Below are positions 19,938-30,896 of a stretch of DNA of 64,000 nucleotides, piece after piece (within the stretch, counting starts at the first letter, position 1; each line of letters opens with the position of its first letter). Source of the DNA: an uncultured SAR86 cluster bacterium (lineage in GTDB: Bacteria > Pseudomonadota > Gammaproteobacteria > Magnimaribacterales > D2472); NCBI GenBank assembly GCA_902516285.1, contig CABXXT010000001.1, positions 35,655-99,654 of the forward strand, written 5' to 3'. The notes below the pieces were generated by a model. It was given only the letters and a program-made list of their open reading frames with translations, did not search any database and was not told the DNA's origin. A program made the position numbers and the translations under genes.

Positions 19938-20947
19938 AGTTTATTATTTTCAATTAGTTGTTCAAGAATTTGTACAGCATTCAGAGCAGCCCCTTTACCG
20001 TAAACATTATCTGCAACTATCCACATAGAGACCCAACTCTCATTATTAATAATTTGTGTTCTTATTCTTCCAACAAAAACATCTTCGGTATCATCTGCGT
20101 TTTCAAGAGGAGTTGGATATTCTAACTTTGATGGGTTATCTATAATGGTTATTCCTGAAGAAACTGACAATAGATCACATATTTCTTTTTTTGTAATGGG
20201 ATTGTTTGTTCTAAAAAATATTGCTTCTGAGTGACCATTAATAACAGGAACCCTTACACATGTTGCCTGAACTTCAATATTTGGATCTAAAATCTTCTTC
20301 GTTTCCCAAACAACTTTCATCTCTTCTTTTGTAAAATCATTATCAAGAAAAATATCACATTGAGGTATGGCGTTAAAAGCAATTTTCTTTGGGTATACTT
20401 TTGGCTCAGCGTTTTTGTCATGTAATTGAAGATTGAGTTCTGCTACTGCATCTTTACCAGTTCCAGATACAGCTTGGTAAGTGGCAACATTTAATATTTC
20501 TACATTATATTTTCTATGGATTGGTTCAATTGCCATTAAAAGTTGTGATACAGAACAATTTGGATTTGCAATAAGTAATGGGCCTTCAACATCATTAAGA
20601 ATATATCCATTAATTTCTGGAATAATTAATGGTACGTCCTCTTCATATCTATATTCTGAAGATAAATCTATTACAAAAGAACCCATATTCACAAAATCTT
20701 TTGCATACTTTCTGGCAACATCTGAGCCAGCTGAAAAAATAATCATACTTGCCTTTGTTGAATCAAAGCTTGATATATCTTCGATAATATATTTTTTATT
20801 ATTAAAAGAGATTTCTTTTCCTACAGAGGCGTGGCCAAGAGGAAAAAAATTATTAATATTTACTTTCTTTTTCTCCAATAAAGATATTATCTTATTTCCT
20901 ACGACACCAGACGCTCCAACTAAAGCTAAATTAATTGAATTATTCAT
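19931..20947 (-). CDS. asd: aspartate-semialdehyde dehydrogenase (Asd)
   Basis: 338 aa. NAD-binding GASGVVG and active-site Cys context ANPNCSVSQ. Confidence 0.93.
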   Translation of the reverse strand: MNNSINLALVGASGVVGNKIISLLEKKKVNINNFFPLGHASVGKEISFNNKKYIIEDISSFDSTKASMIIFSAGSDVARKYAKDFVNMGSFVIDLSSEYRYEEDVPLIIPEINGYILNDVEGPLLIANPNCSVSQLLMAIEPIHRKYNVEILNVATYQAVSGTGKDAVAELNLQLHDKNAEPKVYPKKIAFNAIPQCDIFLDNDFTKEEMKVVWETKKILDPNIEVQATCVRVPVINGHSEAIFFRTNNPITKKEICDLLSVSSGITIIDNPSKLEYPTPLENADDTEDVFVGRIRTQIINNESWVSMWIVADNVYGKGAALNAVQILEQLIENNKLC

Positions 20948-22016
20948 CTTTAATCATCTCAATTATTTTTTTTGCAACTTCTGAAGTTTTTAGATACTTT
21001 TTGTCTGTTGTTATATCAATAGTTCTATTACCAGACTCGATAAACTTTCTAATAGCCTTATCAATTTTATTTGCGGCTTCCTCCTCGTTTAGCGAATATT
21101 TTAGTGCCATTGATAGTGAAGAAATCATTGCCAAGGGGTTTGCTAAATTTCTTCCTGCTATATCTGGTGCACTACCATGACATGGTTCAAACATACCCTT
21201 GAATGAGCTATCCAATGACGCTGAAGGAAGCATGCCAATTGAGCCAGTAAGCGTAGCAGCAATATCTGAAAGAATATCTCCAAAAAGATTGCTCGAAACT
21301 ATCACATCAAACTGATTAGGGTTAAGAACTAATTGCATTGCAGCATTGTCAGCAAGCTGATGCGAAAGCTCAATATCTGGATAATCTTCAGACATTTCAG
21401 TCACAATAGATCTCCAAAATTTTGATACCTCTAATACATTAGCTTTTTCAACAGAGCATAATTTTTTATTTCTTTTTTGTGCAGATTCAAATGCTATTCT
21501 AGCAATTCTCCTAATTTCTTCTTCATTATAAATCATTGTATTAAAAGCATAGTTAGGTTCTTTATCTAAAAAAATACCTCTAGGTTCACCAAAATATATT
21601 CCTCCTGTAAGTTCTCTTACAATGAGGATATCAAGATCATTTATTATTTCTTTTTTTAATGGAGATGCGTCTGATAACTCGTTAAATAAAAAGGCTGGTC
21701 TAAGATTTGCAAAAAGATTTAATTCTTTCCTTAATCTTAATAAAGCATTTTCAGGTCGATCATCCCAGTCCAGATCATCCCATTCAGGGCCTCCAACAGC
21801 ACCAAATAAAATAGCATCTGACTCCTTAGCTGCATCAAGAACATTATCTGGTATTGGTGAACCTGACTCGTCATAAGCTGTTCCACCAACATTCATTGAT
21901 GTTACTTTAAAATCAAGGCTATATTCATCAATTATAAAATCTAAGACCTCAACAGCAGATGCGGTTACCTCTTGACCAATGCCATCACCTGGCAAAACTA
22001 ATACTTTTTTACTCAT
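20940..22016 (-). CDS. leuB: 3-isopropylmalate dehydrogenase (LeuB)
   Basis: Start placed at [17 protein letters not shown] (ATG 22014-22016; ATG at 22022 also possible). Signature NLFGDILSD. The ORF-track N-terminus to 22058 runs into leuD. Confidence 0.95.
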   Translation of the reverse strand: MSKKVLVLPGDGIGQEVTASAVEVLDFIIDEYSLDFKVTSMNVGGTAYDESGSPIPDNVLDAAKESDAILFGAVGGPEWDDLDWDDRPENALLRLRKELNLFANLRPAFLFNELSDASPLKKEIINDLDILIVRELTGGIYFGEPRGIFLDKEPNYAFNTMIYNEEEIRRIARIAFESAQKRNKKLCSVEKANVLEVSKFWRSIVTEMSEDYPDIELSHQLADNAAMQLVLNPNQFDVIVSSNLFGDILSDIAATLTGSIGMLPSASLDSSFKGMFEPCHGSAPDIAGRNLANPLAMISSLSMALKYSLNEEEAANKIDKAIRKFIESGNRTIDITTDKKYLKTSEVAKKIIEMIKDE

Positions 22017-22659
22017 TAGCATATATCCATGGTTTTGATGACATCCTATTTTTTTCAAAGTTTAAGATTTTCTCTTTCTCTTTCAGGCTAACATCAACAT
22101 CATCTAATCCATATATGATTCGATCAATTAGATGATCATCTACTTTAAAATTTAATTTATGTGTGTCATCTATGTAGATCTTTCTTTGTTGAAGATCTAT
22201 AGAGAGTTCAACAATATCTTTTTTAACTAAACCAAAAAGTTCTTCAATTTCATTTTTTCTTAACTTGATTGGTAGTACCGAATTTTTAAAACAATTATTA
22301 TAAAAAATGTCTCCAAATGATGATGCTATAACTGCTTTAATGCCAAAATCTCTTAAGGCCCATACAGCGTGTTCCCTTGATGAACCACATCCAAAATTAT
22401 CCCTTACAAGAAGAATTTTAGATTCACTATATGGTTTGTTATTTAAAATAAAATCTTGGTTGATATGTCTATCTTCTTTTTTAACACCAAGCTTTCCATC
22501 ATCCTTATATCTCCATCCATCAAACAAATAATCTTCATAGCCAAATTTTTTAATTGATTTCAAATATTCTGTTGGAATGATTTGATCTGTGTCAATGTTA
22601 TCTCTATCAATATAACTTACTACTCCATCTATGATTAATCCTTCACTATTAGATGTCAT
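22009..22659 (-). CDS. leuD: 3-isopropylmalate dehydratase small subunit (LeuD)
   Basis: 216 aa. Swivel-domain motif [11 protein letters not shown]. Overlaps leuC by 4 nt and leuB by 8 nt. Confidence 0.95.
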   Translation of the reverse strand: MTSNSEGLIIDGVVSYIDRDNIDTDQIIPTEYLKSIKKFGYEDYLFDGWRYKDDGKLGVKKEDRHINQDFILNNKPYSESKILLVRDNFGCGSSREHAVWALRDFGIKAVIASSFGDIFYNNCFKNSVLPIKLRKNEIEELFGLVKKDIVELSIDLQQRKIYIDDTHKLNFKVDDHLIDRIIYGLDDVDVSLKEKEKILNFEKNRMSSKPWIYANE

Positions 22660-24053
22660 GATGGCTCACCGACAGTTCCATTTATAGCTGTGTATGCTGC
22701 CATTAGTGGACTCATTAAATGGGTTCGTCCTAAATAACCTTGTCTGCCCTCAAAATTTCTATTTGATGTAGATGCACATCTTTCATACGGCTTTAATTGG
22801 TCAGGATTCATTCCTAAACACATTGAACATCCGGGATCTCTCCAGATAAAACCAGCTTCTTTGAATACTTCGTCAAGACCTTCCATTTCGGCTTGCTCTT
22901 TAACCATTCCAGAACCTGGAACTACTATTGCCTCAATAATATTATCAGCAATCGTTTTACCTTTAACTACTTTTGCAGCCTGCCTAAGATCCTCAATTCT
23001 AGAATTTGTACATGATCCAATAAAAACTTTATCAAAAGTTAAATCAGATAACTTAGATTCATTTTGTATGCCCATATAATTTCTGGCTAATTCAATATTC
23101 CTTTTGTTATCATCATTTGCACTTAAAACTGTTGGTATTTCATCATCATAATTCACAACCATTTCTGGTGAAGTACCCCATGTAACTTGTGGCTTAATTT
23201 TAGATACATCAATAACAACTTCATTATCAAATTTTGCTCCATCATCAGTGTTTAAATTTAACCAATAGTTTTCGGCTTTCTCTAAAGTTTTTTTATCTAG
23301 AAAAGATTTTTCTTTTACATAATTTATTGTAGTTTTGTCTGGAGCAATTAGTCCTACCTTCGCACCTGCTTCAATTGCCATATTACAAATAGTCATCCTG
23401 CTTTCTACAGAAATATCTTTTATGTAGCTCCCCGAAAATTCTATTGCATAACCAGTACCACCTGCTGTTCCAATTAAACCAATAAAATATAAAACAATAT
23501 CTTTTGAAGAAACATTTTCGACTGGGGTTCCTTCGAACCTAACAAGCATATTTTTTAGCTTAGACACTTTTAGACACTGCGTGGCAAGAACATGCTCAAC
23601 TTCTGAAGTTCCAATGCCCATAGCTAAACATCCTAACGCACCATGAGTTGAGGTATGAGAATCTCCACAAACTATTGTCATGCCTGGCAGGGTATATCCA
23701 AGCTCTGGGCCTATAACATGAACAATGCCTTGCTTTGAAGATTTAATATCAAACTGTTTGATTCCAAAAGCATTACAATTCTTATCAAGCTCAACTACTT
23801 GTATCTTTGAAATCTCATCTTTTATTTGATTAGAATTAAAATCATTCCCTCTAGTTGTTGGGACATTATGATCTGGAGTAGCAATATTTGCTCCAAGCCT
23901 CCAAGGTTTTAAATTTTTTTTTGCTAATCCCTCGAATGCCTGGGGTGATGTTACTTCGTGAAGATAATGCCTATCGATGTATAAAAGAGATTCACCCGAA
24001 TCAAGTTGGGTAACGTGATGCTCTTCCCAGAGTTTGTCGTACAAAGTCTTCAT
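22656..24053 (-). CDS. leuC: 3-isopropylmalate dehydratase large subunit (LeuC)
   Basis: 465 aa. Aconitase-family Fe-S ligand contexts GSCTNSR and [10 protein letters not shown]. Confidence 0.97.
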   Translation of the reverse strand: MKTLYDKLWEEHHVTQLDSGESLLYIDRHYLHEVTSPQAFEGLAKKNLKPWRLGANIATPDHNVPTTRGNDFNSNQIKDEISKIQVVELDKNCNAFGIKQFDIKSSKQGIVHVIGPELGYTLPGMTIVCGDSHTSTHGALGCLAMGIGTSEVEHVLATQCLKVSKLKNMLVRFEGTPVENVSSKDIVLYFIGLIGTAGGTGYAIEFSGSYIKDISVESRMTICNMAIEAGAKVGLIAPDKTTINYVKEKSFLDKKTLEKAENYWLNLNTDDGAKFDNEVVIDVSKIKPQVTWGTSPEMVVNYDDEIPTVLSANDDNKRNIELARNYMGIQNESKLSDLTFDKVFIGSCTNSRIEDLRQAAKVVKGKTIADNIIEAIVVPGSGMVKEQAEMEGLDEVFKEAGFIWRDPGCSMCLGMNPDQLKPYERCASTSNRNFEGRQGYLGRTHLMSPLMAAYTAINGTVGEPS

Positions 24054-24058
24054 TATAT

Positions 24059-25141
24059 CTATTCTGTAAATGGTAGTTTTTGTTCAACATCAGCGCACTG
24101 TGCTCTATTAATTAATAAGTGATCTACTAAAACAATACTTACCATTGCTTCAGCAATTGGAACAGCTCTAATGCCAACACAAGGGTCATGTCTTCCTTTA
24201 ACTTCTATGTCAACTTCTTCGCCATCCTTATTTATAGTTTTACCTTTTGTTTTTATGCTTGAGGTTGGTTTAATAATAAAGCTAAGATTGATATCGTCTC
24301 CATTAGATATTCCTCCAAGGATTCCTCCTGAATTATTTGAAGAATAGCCTGACGCTGTGATTTCATCTCTTGCTTCAGAACCTTTTAAGGTTAAAAGATC
24401 ATCTACGTTCCCAATAGATACTGATTTGACTGCATTGATTGTCATTATTGCTTTCGCAAGATTAGCATCGAGCTTCTCAAAAACTGGGTCACCAAGGCCT
24501 ACTGGACAATTTTCAACAATAACTCCTAGCTTTGCACCCACAGAATTACCCTCTTCAATTAATTTGTTAAACATAGAATCTAATTCAGAAAGTTTTGATT
24601 CGTCACAAAAAAAATATTTATTTGCAGTTTTTTTATGATTTATAGTTTCAGCTTTTATTTTACCAATCTCAGAAACAAATCCATTTACAGTTATTCCTTC
24701 TTTTTGAAGTATTTTTTTAGCAACTGCTCCAGCGGCAACCCAATTTACAGTTTCCCTAGCGCTGGATCTTCCTCCACCCCTATAATCTCGATGGCCATAT
24801 TTTGCTTGATAAGTAATGTCTGCATGATTTGGTCTAAATACATCTTTAATATCTGAGTAATCTTTTGATTTTTGATCTTTGTTATAAATTATCATTCCTA
24901 TTGGAGTCCCAAGCGTTTTTCCTTCAAAAACACCTGACATTATCTCAACTGCATCATCTTCTTTTCTTTGAGTAGTTACATCTGACTGTCCTGGCTTTCT
25001 CCTATCTAATTCAAGTTGAATATCTTCATTAGTAAGTTCTATTTGAGGCGGACATCCATCTAGAATTGAGCCCATAGCACTACCATGACTCTCTCCAAAA
25101 GTCGTAATTTTAAATATTTTTCCAAACGTATTGCCTGACAT
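24059..25141 (-). CDS. aroC: chorismate synthase (AroC)
   Basis: Start placed at [20 protein letters not shown] (ATG at 25141). Signatures GESHG, RPGHAD-like RPNHAD and [13 protein letters not shown]. The ORF-track extension to 25273 overlaps prpD and has no homology value. Confidence 0.95.
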   Translation of the reverse strand: MSGNTFGKIFKITTFGESHGSAMGSILDGCPPQIELTNEDIQLELDRRKPGQSDVTTQRKEDDAVEIMSGVFEGKTLGTPIGMIIYNKDQKSKDYSDIKDVFRPNHADITYQAKYGHRDYRGGGRSSARETVNWVAAGAVAKKILQKEGITVNGFVSEIGKIKAETINHKKTANKYFFCDESKLSELDSMFNKLIEEGNSVGAKLGVIVENCPVGLGDPVFEKLDANLAKAIMTINAVKSVSIGNVDDLLTLKGSEARDEITASGYSSNNSGGILGGISNGDDINLSFIIKPTSSIKTKGKTINKDGEEVDIEVKGRHDPCVGIRAVPIAEAMVSIVLVDHLLINRAQCADVEQKLPFTE

Positions 25142-25191
25142 GGCGATAATTATAGTCCAAAATGCTAAAAAAGCTTTATTTTTAGGGTTTT

Positions 25192-26652
25192 TTACAACTG
25201 TTTGGTTTTTTTGGATAACAAGCTTTGGAAATCTACTACTGAGGTTTCTTCTAGTTCTTGTTGACTCATACAAAGTTCAAATATTCTTTTAGCAATATCT
25301 TCATCATAAGTAATTGCTAAATTAGACTTAAATTTATTTTCTAACACTGGTATGCCTTCATCTCTTCTTCTCATATGGCCAATGGGGTATTCAACCTCGA
25401 TTTCATCTGTTGAAGTACCATCAATAAAAGAAATTTTTATTCTATTTGCGATAGATCTTTTATCAGCTTCAAGGTAATCTTTTGAATATTTTTTATCCTC
25501 ATTAATAGTCATTTTTTCTCTTAATATATCTATTCTTGGATCTTCTGCAACATCATCCTCATAATCTTCTGCTATTAAATTTCCTTTAAGTAATCCAATT
25601 GCAACCATGTACTGCAAACAGTGATCTCTATCAGCAGGATTATTTAATTCTCCAACTTTTGAAATAATTCTTATTGCAGATTCATGGGTTGTAATTTCAA
25701 TTAACTTTATTTCATTAATCCTATCTTTAACGACATTATGAAGTTTTACAGCAGCTTCTACTGCCGTTTGGGCATGAAACTCAGCAGGAAAACTAATCTT
25801 AAAAAGTATATTTTCCATAACGTAGGTTCCAAGTGGTTGAGGCAATACAATTTGTTTTCCATCGAATAAAACGTCTTCAAATCCCCATACTGGAGTAGAG
25901 AGAACACTTGGATATCCCATTTCTCCAGACATAGTTATCATTGCTAGTCTAACAGCTCTACTTGTAGCATCACCAGCTGCCCAACTTTTTCTTGAGCCTG
26001 CATTCGGAGCATGTCTATATGTTCTTAAGCTTTGGCCATCGACCCAAGCCTGACTTACAGCATCTTTGATTTGATCAATAGAACCACCCATTAATTTAGT
26101 TGCAATTGCAGTTGAAGCAACTTTTACTAAAACAACATGGTCTAACCCTACTTTATTAAAACTATTTTCAAGAGCTAAGACTCCTTGAATCTCATGAGCC
26201 ATAATCATCGACTCTAATACAGTTCGCATTTTGAGTGGTACTTTTCCACTTGCAATGTTTTGCTGTGATATAAAATCGCAAACTGATAAGATTGCCCCTA
26301 AATTATCAGATGGATGACCCCATTCAGCAGCAAGCCAAGTATCGTTATAATCAAGCCATCTAACAATGCAACCAATATCAAATGCGCCTTTAATCGGATC
26401 AAGTTTATAATCTGTTCCAGGAACTCTTACCCCAAAAGGCACTTTGCTATCCTTTACAATTGGACCTAACATTTTTGTACAAGCTGGAAATTGAAGTGCT
26501 AATAAGCCACATCCGATAGTATCCATTAAGCAATTTCTTGCAGTATCTAATGCCAAATCAGATTCTATTTCAAAATGAGAAACATAATTAGCTATTTCAG
26601 AAATTAAGTTATCAAAATCTGGTCTGATATTCAGATCAACATTTGATGACAT
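25192..26652 (-). CDS. prpD: 2-methylcitrate dehydratase (PrpD)
   Basis: 486 aa MmgE/PrpD-family protein, directly downstream of prpB-prpC. Confidence 0.9.
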   Translation of the reverse strand: MSSNVDLNIRPDFDNLISEIANYVSHFEIESDLALDTARNCLMDTIGCGLLALQFPACTKMLGPIVKDSKVPFGVRVPGTDYKLDPIKGAFDIGCIVRWLDYNDTWLAAEWGHPSDNLGAILSVCDFISQQNIASGKVPLKMRTVLESMIMAHEIQGVLALENSFNKVGLDHVVLVKVASTAIATKLMGGSIDQIKDAVSQAWVDGQSLRTYRHAPNAGSRKSWAAGDATSRAVRLAMITMSGEMGYPSVLSTPVWGFEDVLFDGKQIVLPQPLGTYVMENILFKISFPAEFHAQTAVEAAVKLHNVVKDRINEIKLIEITTHESAIRIISKVGELNNPADRDHCLQYMVAIGLLKGNLIAEDYEDDVAEDPRIDILREKMTINEDKKYSKDYLEADKRSIANRIKISFIDGTSTDEIEVEYPIGHMRRRDEGIPVLENKFKSNLAITYDEDIAKRIFELCMSQQELEETSVVDFQSLLSKKTKQL

Positions 26653-26656
26653 TTAT

Positions 26657-27778
26657 TTAGGGCCTATCGTTGATATCAATCCAATCAGAGGATTCGACAC
26701 CAGTATATTCTGCACTGGGTCTTATTATTCGGTTATTAGCCCTTTGTTCCATACAATGAGCAGTCCAGCCAGAAACTCTAGACATAACAAATATTGGAGT
26801 AAAAAGTTTTGTGGGAATTCCCATATAAAAATACGCGGGAGCATGAAAAAAATCAGCATTTGCAAACATATTTTTTTCATCTGCCATAACTTTTTCAACC
26901 TCATCTGCAACCAGATATAAAGTATTATCATCAGCAAGCTTAGATAATTGTTTTGCATATTCCTTGATTACAGCATTTCTAGGATCTCTTATTGAATAAA
27001 CTGCGTGACCAAAACCCATAATTTTTTCTTTTTTGTTAAGCATTTCTAAGACGTTTGATTTAGCTTCATCTTTTGATTTCCAGTTCTCTATTAATTCCAT
27101 AGCTTTTTCGTTTGCACCCCCATGAAGAGGTCCTCTCAAGGAGCCGATAGCAGCGACTACACATGAATGAATATCAGACATCGTTGAAGCACAAACTCTT
27201 GCTGTGAATGTTGATGCATTAAACTCATGTTCCGCATATAGAATAAGAGAGACATCCATAACTTTTCTGTGTAAATCTGAAGGAGTTTTACCATGCAAAA
27301 TATGAAGAAAATGACCAGCCATTGATTCTTCATCATTAACTAAATTAATATCTAAACCTTCATGAGAGTATTTATACCAGTATGTGACTATTGACGGCAT
27401 TGTTGCAATCATTCTATTTATTGAATTAAGTTGATTAGAGAACTCACCTTCAGGTTCCAAATTTCCAAGCATTGATGTGCCTGTTCTCATAACATCCATT
27501 GGATGAGCTGTAGCAGGGATTTTTTGAAGTACTTCCTTAAGTGCAACTGGAAGATCTCTATGACTTTTTAATAATTCTTTATAATCACTTAATTCTTGTT
27601 GATTAGGTAACTTGTCATATATTAAGAGATATGCAACCTCTTCAAATGAAGATTTTTCTGCAAGTAGTTCAATTTTATGTCCTCTATATGCCAATCCTTC
27701 GATTTGTCCAACTGTAGAAAGAGATGTTTCTCCAGCGACTTGACCTCTTAAACCTGCACCCTCTAATTTTTTTGTCAT
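26657..27778 (-). CDS. prpC: 2-methylcitrate synthase (PrpC)
   Basis: 373 aa citrate-synthase fold (GPLHGGANE, GFGHAVY catalytic His contexts). Sits between prpB and prpD. Confidence 0.9.
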   Translation of the reverse strand: MTKKLEGAGLRGQVAGETSLSTVGQIEGLAYRGHKIELLAEKSSFEEVAYLLIYDKLPNQQELSDYKELLKSHRDLPVALKEVLQKIPATAHPMDVMRTGTSMLGNLEPEGEFSNQLNSINRMIATMPSIVTYWYKYSHEGLDINLVNDEESMAGHFLHILHGKTPSDLHRKVMDVSLILYAEHEFNASTFTARVCASTMSDIHSCVVAAIGSLRGPLHGGANEKAMELIENWKSKDEAKSNVLEMLNKKEKIMGFGHAVYSIRDPRNAVIKEYAKQLSKLADDNTLYLVADEVEKVMADEKNMFANADFFHAPAYFYMGIPTKLFTPIFVMSRVSGWTAHCMEQRANNRIIRPSAEYTGVESSDWIDINDRP

Positions 27779-27792
27779 TATTTCTAGTAACT

Positions 27793-28665
27793 TTAATCCT
27801 TATTTGAAAATTTTATATCCAGTTTTTTTTCATGATTGTAATAATCTAAAACTTCATACAACTCTTCCCGGGTCTGCATTATATCTAACAGACGCTCTTG
27901 TGTCCCGTCTTTGATTATTGAATCATAAATTTTTTCCGCAGATGCGCTCATGGCTCTGAAGGCAGTTAAAGGATATAGGATCATATCAACACCAACCTCC
28001 TTAAGTTGGTTTTGGTTAAATAAAGGTGTTTTTCCAAACTCTGTGATATTTGCAAGAACTGGAATTGAAAGATTTTTTTTAAAGACTTCATACTCTTCAA
28101 TTGAAGTTACGGCTTCTAAAAAAATACCATCAATACCTTCTTCAATGTATGCTTCACATCTTTTAATAGCTCCAGTAATTCCTTCTGAAGCAAGAGCGTC
28201 TGTTCTGGCCATAATAAAAAATGAATCATCAATTTTTGAAGACACTGCAGTTTTAAGCCTCTCCTTCATTTCATCTATTGAAACTATTTTTTTATTTGGT
28301 CTGTGGCCGCATCTTTTATCAAAAACTTGATCTTCAATATGCACCGCAGCACAACCTGCTTTATTCATCTCAAATATAGTTTTAGAAATGTTATCGGCAT
28401 CCCCCCAACCTGTATCAATATCAACTAAAAGAGGAAGAGAAGTTGCATTTGTAATTCTTTTAACATCAATAAGAACATCATTCATTGATGTAATTCCAAG
28501 ATCTGGTAATCCGTATGAAGCTGCAGCTACACCACTTCCAGATAAATATATAGCTTTATGATTAGCTCTTTCAGCAAGTTTTGCTGAATAAGCATTAATT
28601 GTTCCAGGTATTATAAGCGGTGAATTAAGCTCTAATGCTTTTCTAAATTTTTCTCCAGGTTGCAT
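27793..28665 (-). CDS. prpB: 2-methylisocitrate lyase (PrpB)
   Basis: 290 aa. PEP-mutase/isocitrate-lyase superfamily with the KRCGH active-site loop (EDQVFDKRCGHRPNK). Confidence 0.92.
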   Translation of the reverse strand: MQPGEKFRKALELNSPLIIPGTINAYSAKLAERANHKAIYLSGSGVAAASYGLPDLGITSMNDVLIDVKRITNATSLPLLVDIDTGWGDADNISKTIFEMNKAGCAAVHIEDQVFDKRCGHRPNKKIVSIDEMKERLKTAVSSKIDDSFFIMARTDALASEGITGAIKRCEAYIEEGIDGIFLEAVTSIEEYEVFKKNLSIPVLANITEFGKTPLFNQNQLKEVGVDMILYPLTAFRAMSASAEKIYDSIIKDGTQERLLDIMQTREELYEVLDYYNHEKKLDIKFSNKD

Positions 28666-28666
28666 C

Positions 28667-29326
28667 TTAATAAAACTTTATTCCCCTTATAATTCTATCT
28701 TTATTATTTTTGCGTCTCCATCTATTTGTATCCCTTAAGCTGTATACACATCCACAATATTCTTGCTGATAAAATTTTTCCCTTTTTGAAATCTCTATCA
28801 TTCTTGATGAACCACCTTGTTTTCTCCAATTAATATCCCAGAAACTTATATTTGAAAATCTTGATGCAGCTCTCTTACCAGATTCATTAATCTGGTTCAT
28901 ATCCTTCCATCTAGATATGCCTAGAGTTGTAGCAAAAATTTTAAACTTATTTTCGTAGGCAAATAATGCTGATCTTTCAAATCTCATATCAAAACATTTT
29001 GTGCATCTTTCCCCTCTTTCTGGTTCATTCTCAAGCCCTTTTATTCTTTCAAACCAATTTTCTTTATCATAATCACCATCCACGCACTCGAAACCAACTT
29101 TTTCACAAAATCTCCTATTCTCATTTTTTCTAATCTCATATTCATCTATCGGATGGATATTAGGATTATAAAAAAATACAGTAGTTTTAATTTTAGAAGC
29201 AGCCAATGCTTCAATTATTTCACCAGAGCATGGAGCACAACAACTATGAAGCAATAATTTATCTTCATTATTGGGTAATGTCATTAGAGGTCTAACATAC
29301 TTACTTAATTTATGTGCTTCTGTCAT
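28667..29326 (-). CDS. queH: epoxyqueuosine reductase QueH (DUF208)
   Basis: 219 aa. [12 protein letters not shown]-terminal Cys cluster plus downstream Cys (CTKC..., EYCGCVYS), typical of QueH. Confidence 0.8.
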   Translation of the reverse strand: MTEAHKLSKYVRPLMTLPNNEDKLLLHSCCAPCSGEIIEALAASKIKTTVFFYNPNIHPIDEYEIRKNENRRFCEKVGFECVDGDYDKENWFERIKGLENEPERGERCTKCFDMRFERSALFAYENKFKIFATTLGISRWKDMNQINESGKRAASRFSNISFWDINWRKQGGSSRMIEISKREKFYQQEYCGCVYSLRDTNRWRRKNNKDRIIRGIKFY

Positions 29327-29931
29327 CTTTTAAAATTTGAATTTAATTTTATAGCATTCTCTAAGTCATCATAGTTATGAAAAGACTGGATTTCAGGATA
29401 CTTTGAGGAAATTTTATCTGGCGCATTTATAAAAAAACCTTTTTCTGCAATTTCAAACATTTGAATATCATTATGCGAATCCCCAGCAGCAAAACATCTG
29501 TATCCCATTCCTTGAAATGCTTTTATTGCTTGCTGTTTGGCTTTAGTATGTCTGAGTTTATATGAAACAATTTCATCATTCTCTACTATAAGGTTGTGAC
29601 AGAGCAAAAATGGAAACCCAAGTTTTTTCATTAAAGGTTTTGCAACATCGTGAAAAGTATCGGATAGAATTACAATTTGGAAATTCTCTCTTAATCCGTT
29701 TACAAAATCTAAAGCTCCTGGAAGCAATTCAAGAGAATTTGCTGCTTTTTGAACATGTGAAAGTTTTATCTTTTTATCTTTCATCACCTTTAATCTCATA
29801 TCTAAAAGATCTTCATAAATAGGAATATCTCTTGTAGTCATACCGAGCTCTTCAACCCCAGTATCTTCAGCAACTCTTTCCCATATTTCAGGGGTAAGAG
29901 TACCTTCCATATCTAAACAAACTATTTCCAT
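29323..29931 (-). CDS. thrH: HAD-family phosphoserine phosphatase / homoserine phosphotransferase (ThrH-like)
   Basis: 202 aa. HAD motif I (CLDMEGTL) and motif IV (AAGDSHND). N-terminus [33 protein letters not shown] closely parallels P. aeruginosa ThrH as I remember it. Confidence 0.7.
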   Translation of the reverse strand: MEIVCLDMEGTLTPEIWERVAEDTGVEELGMTTRDIPIYEDLLDMRLKVMKDKKIKLSHVQKAANSLELLPGALDFVNGLRENFQIVILSDTFHDVAKPLMKKLGFPFLLCHNLIVENDEIVSYKLRHTKAKQQAIKAFQGMGYRCFAAGDSHNDIQMFEIAEKGFFINAPDKISSKYPEIQSFHNYDDLENAIKLNSNFKR

Positions 29932-29933
29932 AA

Positions 29934-30836
29934 TTAATTATTCTTTATCCCGTATGGTACGTGTCCTGAAGTAGTATTTTTTAAAGCACTCATAATATGC
30001 TTTTTTTGATCATCAAAGAAGATGTCCGCGTCAAAAGATTCTAAAAATTTGTTTTTAGATAAGCCGCCCAGAAAAAGAGATTCATCAATTCTTACCCCCC
30101 ATTCTCTTAAAGTTTTAATAACCCTTCTATCTGATGGCGCTGACCTTGCAGTAATAAGAGCTGTTCTAATTGGACATTCGTTGATTTCAAAATCATTTTG
30201 AATATTATTTAATTGAACTAAAAATGATTTAAACGGACCTTCTTTAAGTGGTGTGGTGGAGTTAACCTCATTTTTGATAAATGCCTTTAAGCCATCTTTT
30301 TGAAAAATTTTTTCTGATTCATCTGAAAAGATTACTGCGTCTCCATCAAAAGCTATTTTTAACTGATCAGAGCTTGATTTTTTATTCTTAGTTAATTTCC
30401 TTGAGAGAATTGTAGCCGCCGCAACATTGCTTTTAATTGCAAGTTTTACATCATCGATACTGCTAGATAAAAAAAGATGTACTCCAAAATCTTTTACATA
30501 TCTGTGAGGACTTTCGCCACCACAAAAAGCTGCCCTATTAATGTTGAGTTTGTGATCTTCAATAGAGTTTCTTATTCTAAGGCCAGTATCAGAGGTATTT
30601 CTAGATAATAAAATTACTTCAACTCTGTCTGCATCATTATATAGTTCATTAATTTTTAAAATTTTTTTAACAAGATAAAAAGCTTCGCCAGGTTTTAATG
30701 TTTTATTTTCATTTTCTACTTGATAACTCTGATATGACTTAAGTCCCTCATTTTTATATATTTCATGACTTTTATCTAAATCAAATAATGCTCTCGATGA
30801 GATTCCTATTATTAATTTAGATTTCCTGTTTACCAT
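29934..30836 (-). CDS. 5'-nucleotidase family protein (cN-IA-like, pfam06189-type)
   Basis: 300 aa, two-lobed. IGISSRALFDL... N-lobe and HAD-like FDGDAVIFSDESE ... ITARSAP ... FFDDQ C-lobe. Family assignment from memory. Confidence 0.55.
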   Translation of the reverse strand: MVNRKSKLIIGISSRALFDLDKSHEIYKNEGLKSYQSYQVENENKTLKPGEAFYLVKKILKINELYNDADRVEVILLSRNTSDTGLRIRNSIEDHKLNINRAAFCGGESPHRYVKDFGVHLFLSSSIDDVKLAIKSNVAAATILSRKLTKNKKSSSDQLKIAFDGDAVIFSDESEKIFQKDGLKAFIKNEVNSTTPLKEGPFKSFLVQLNNIQNDFEINECPIRTALITARSAPSDRRVIKTLREWGVRIDESLFLGGLSKNKFLESFDADIFFDDQKKHIMSALKNTTSGHVPYGIKNN

Positions 30837-30865
30837 AGATCTTGAAAAAAATATAAATTACATTA

Positions 30866-30885
30866 TACTGTATATATATTCAGTA
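30866..30885. promoter_or_regulatory. LexA (SOS) box in the nt5/lexA divergent region
   Basis: TACTGTATATATATTCAGTA has the CTG-N10-CAG gammaproteobacterial SOS-box form. It lies 11 nt upstream of the lexA ATG and 29 nt from the start of the oppositely oriented 5'-nucleotidase gene. Confidence 0.88.
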
Positions 30886-30896
30886 AAATTATTATT

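Noticed and set aside
20481-21180. 167-aa and 81-aa plus-strand ORFs opposite asd and leuB
   Set aside because: They are shadow ORFs of highly conserved enzymes, despite the notable length of the 167-aa frame.
25142-25273. N-terminal 44-codon extension of aroC in the ORF track (overlapping the prpD 3' end)
   Set aside because: Chorismate synthase homology begins at MSGNTFG... (ATG 25141). The extension is basic low-complexity sequence overlapping prpD.
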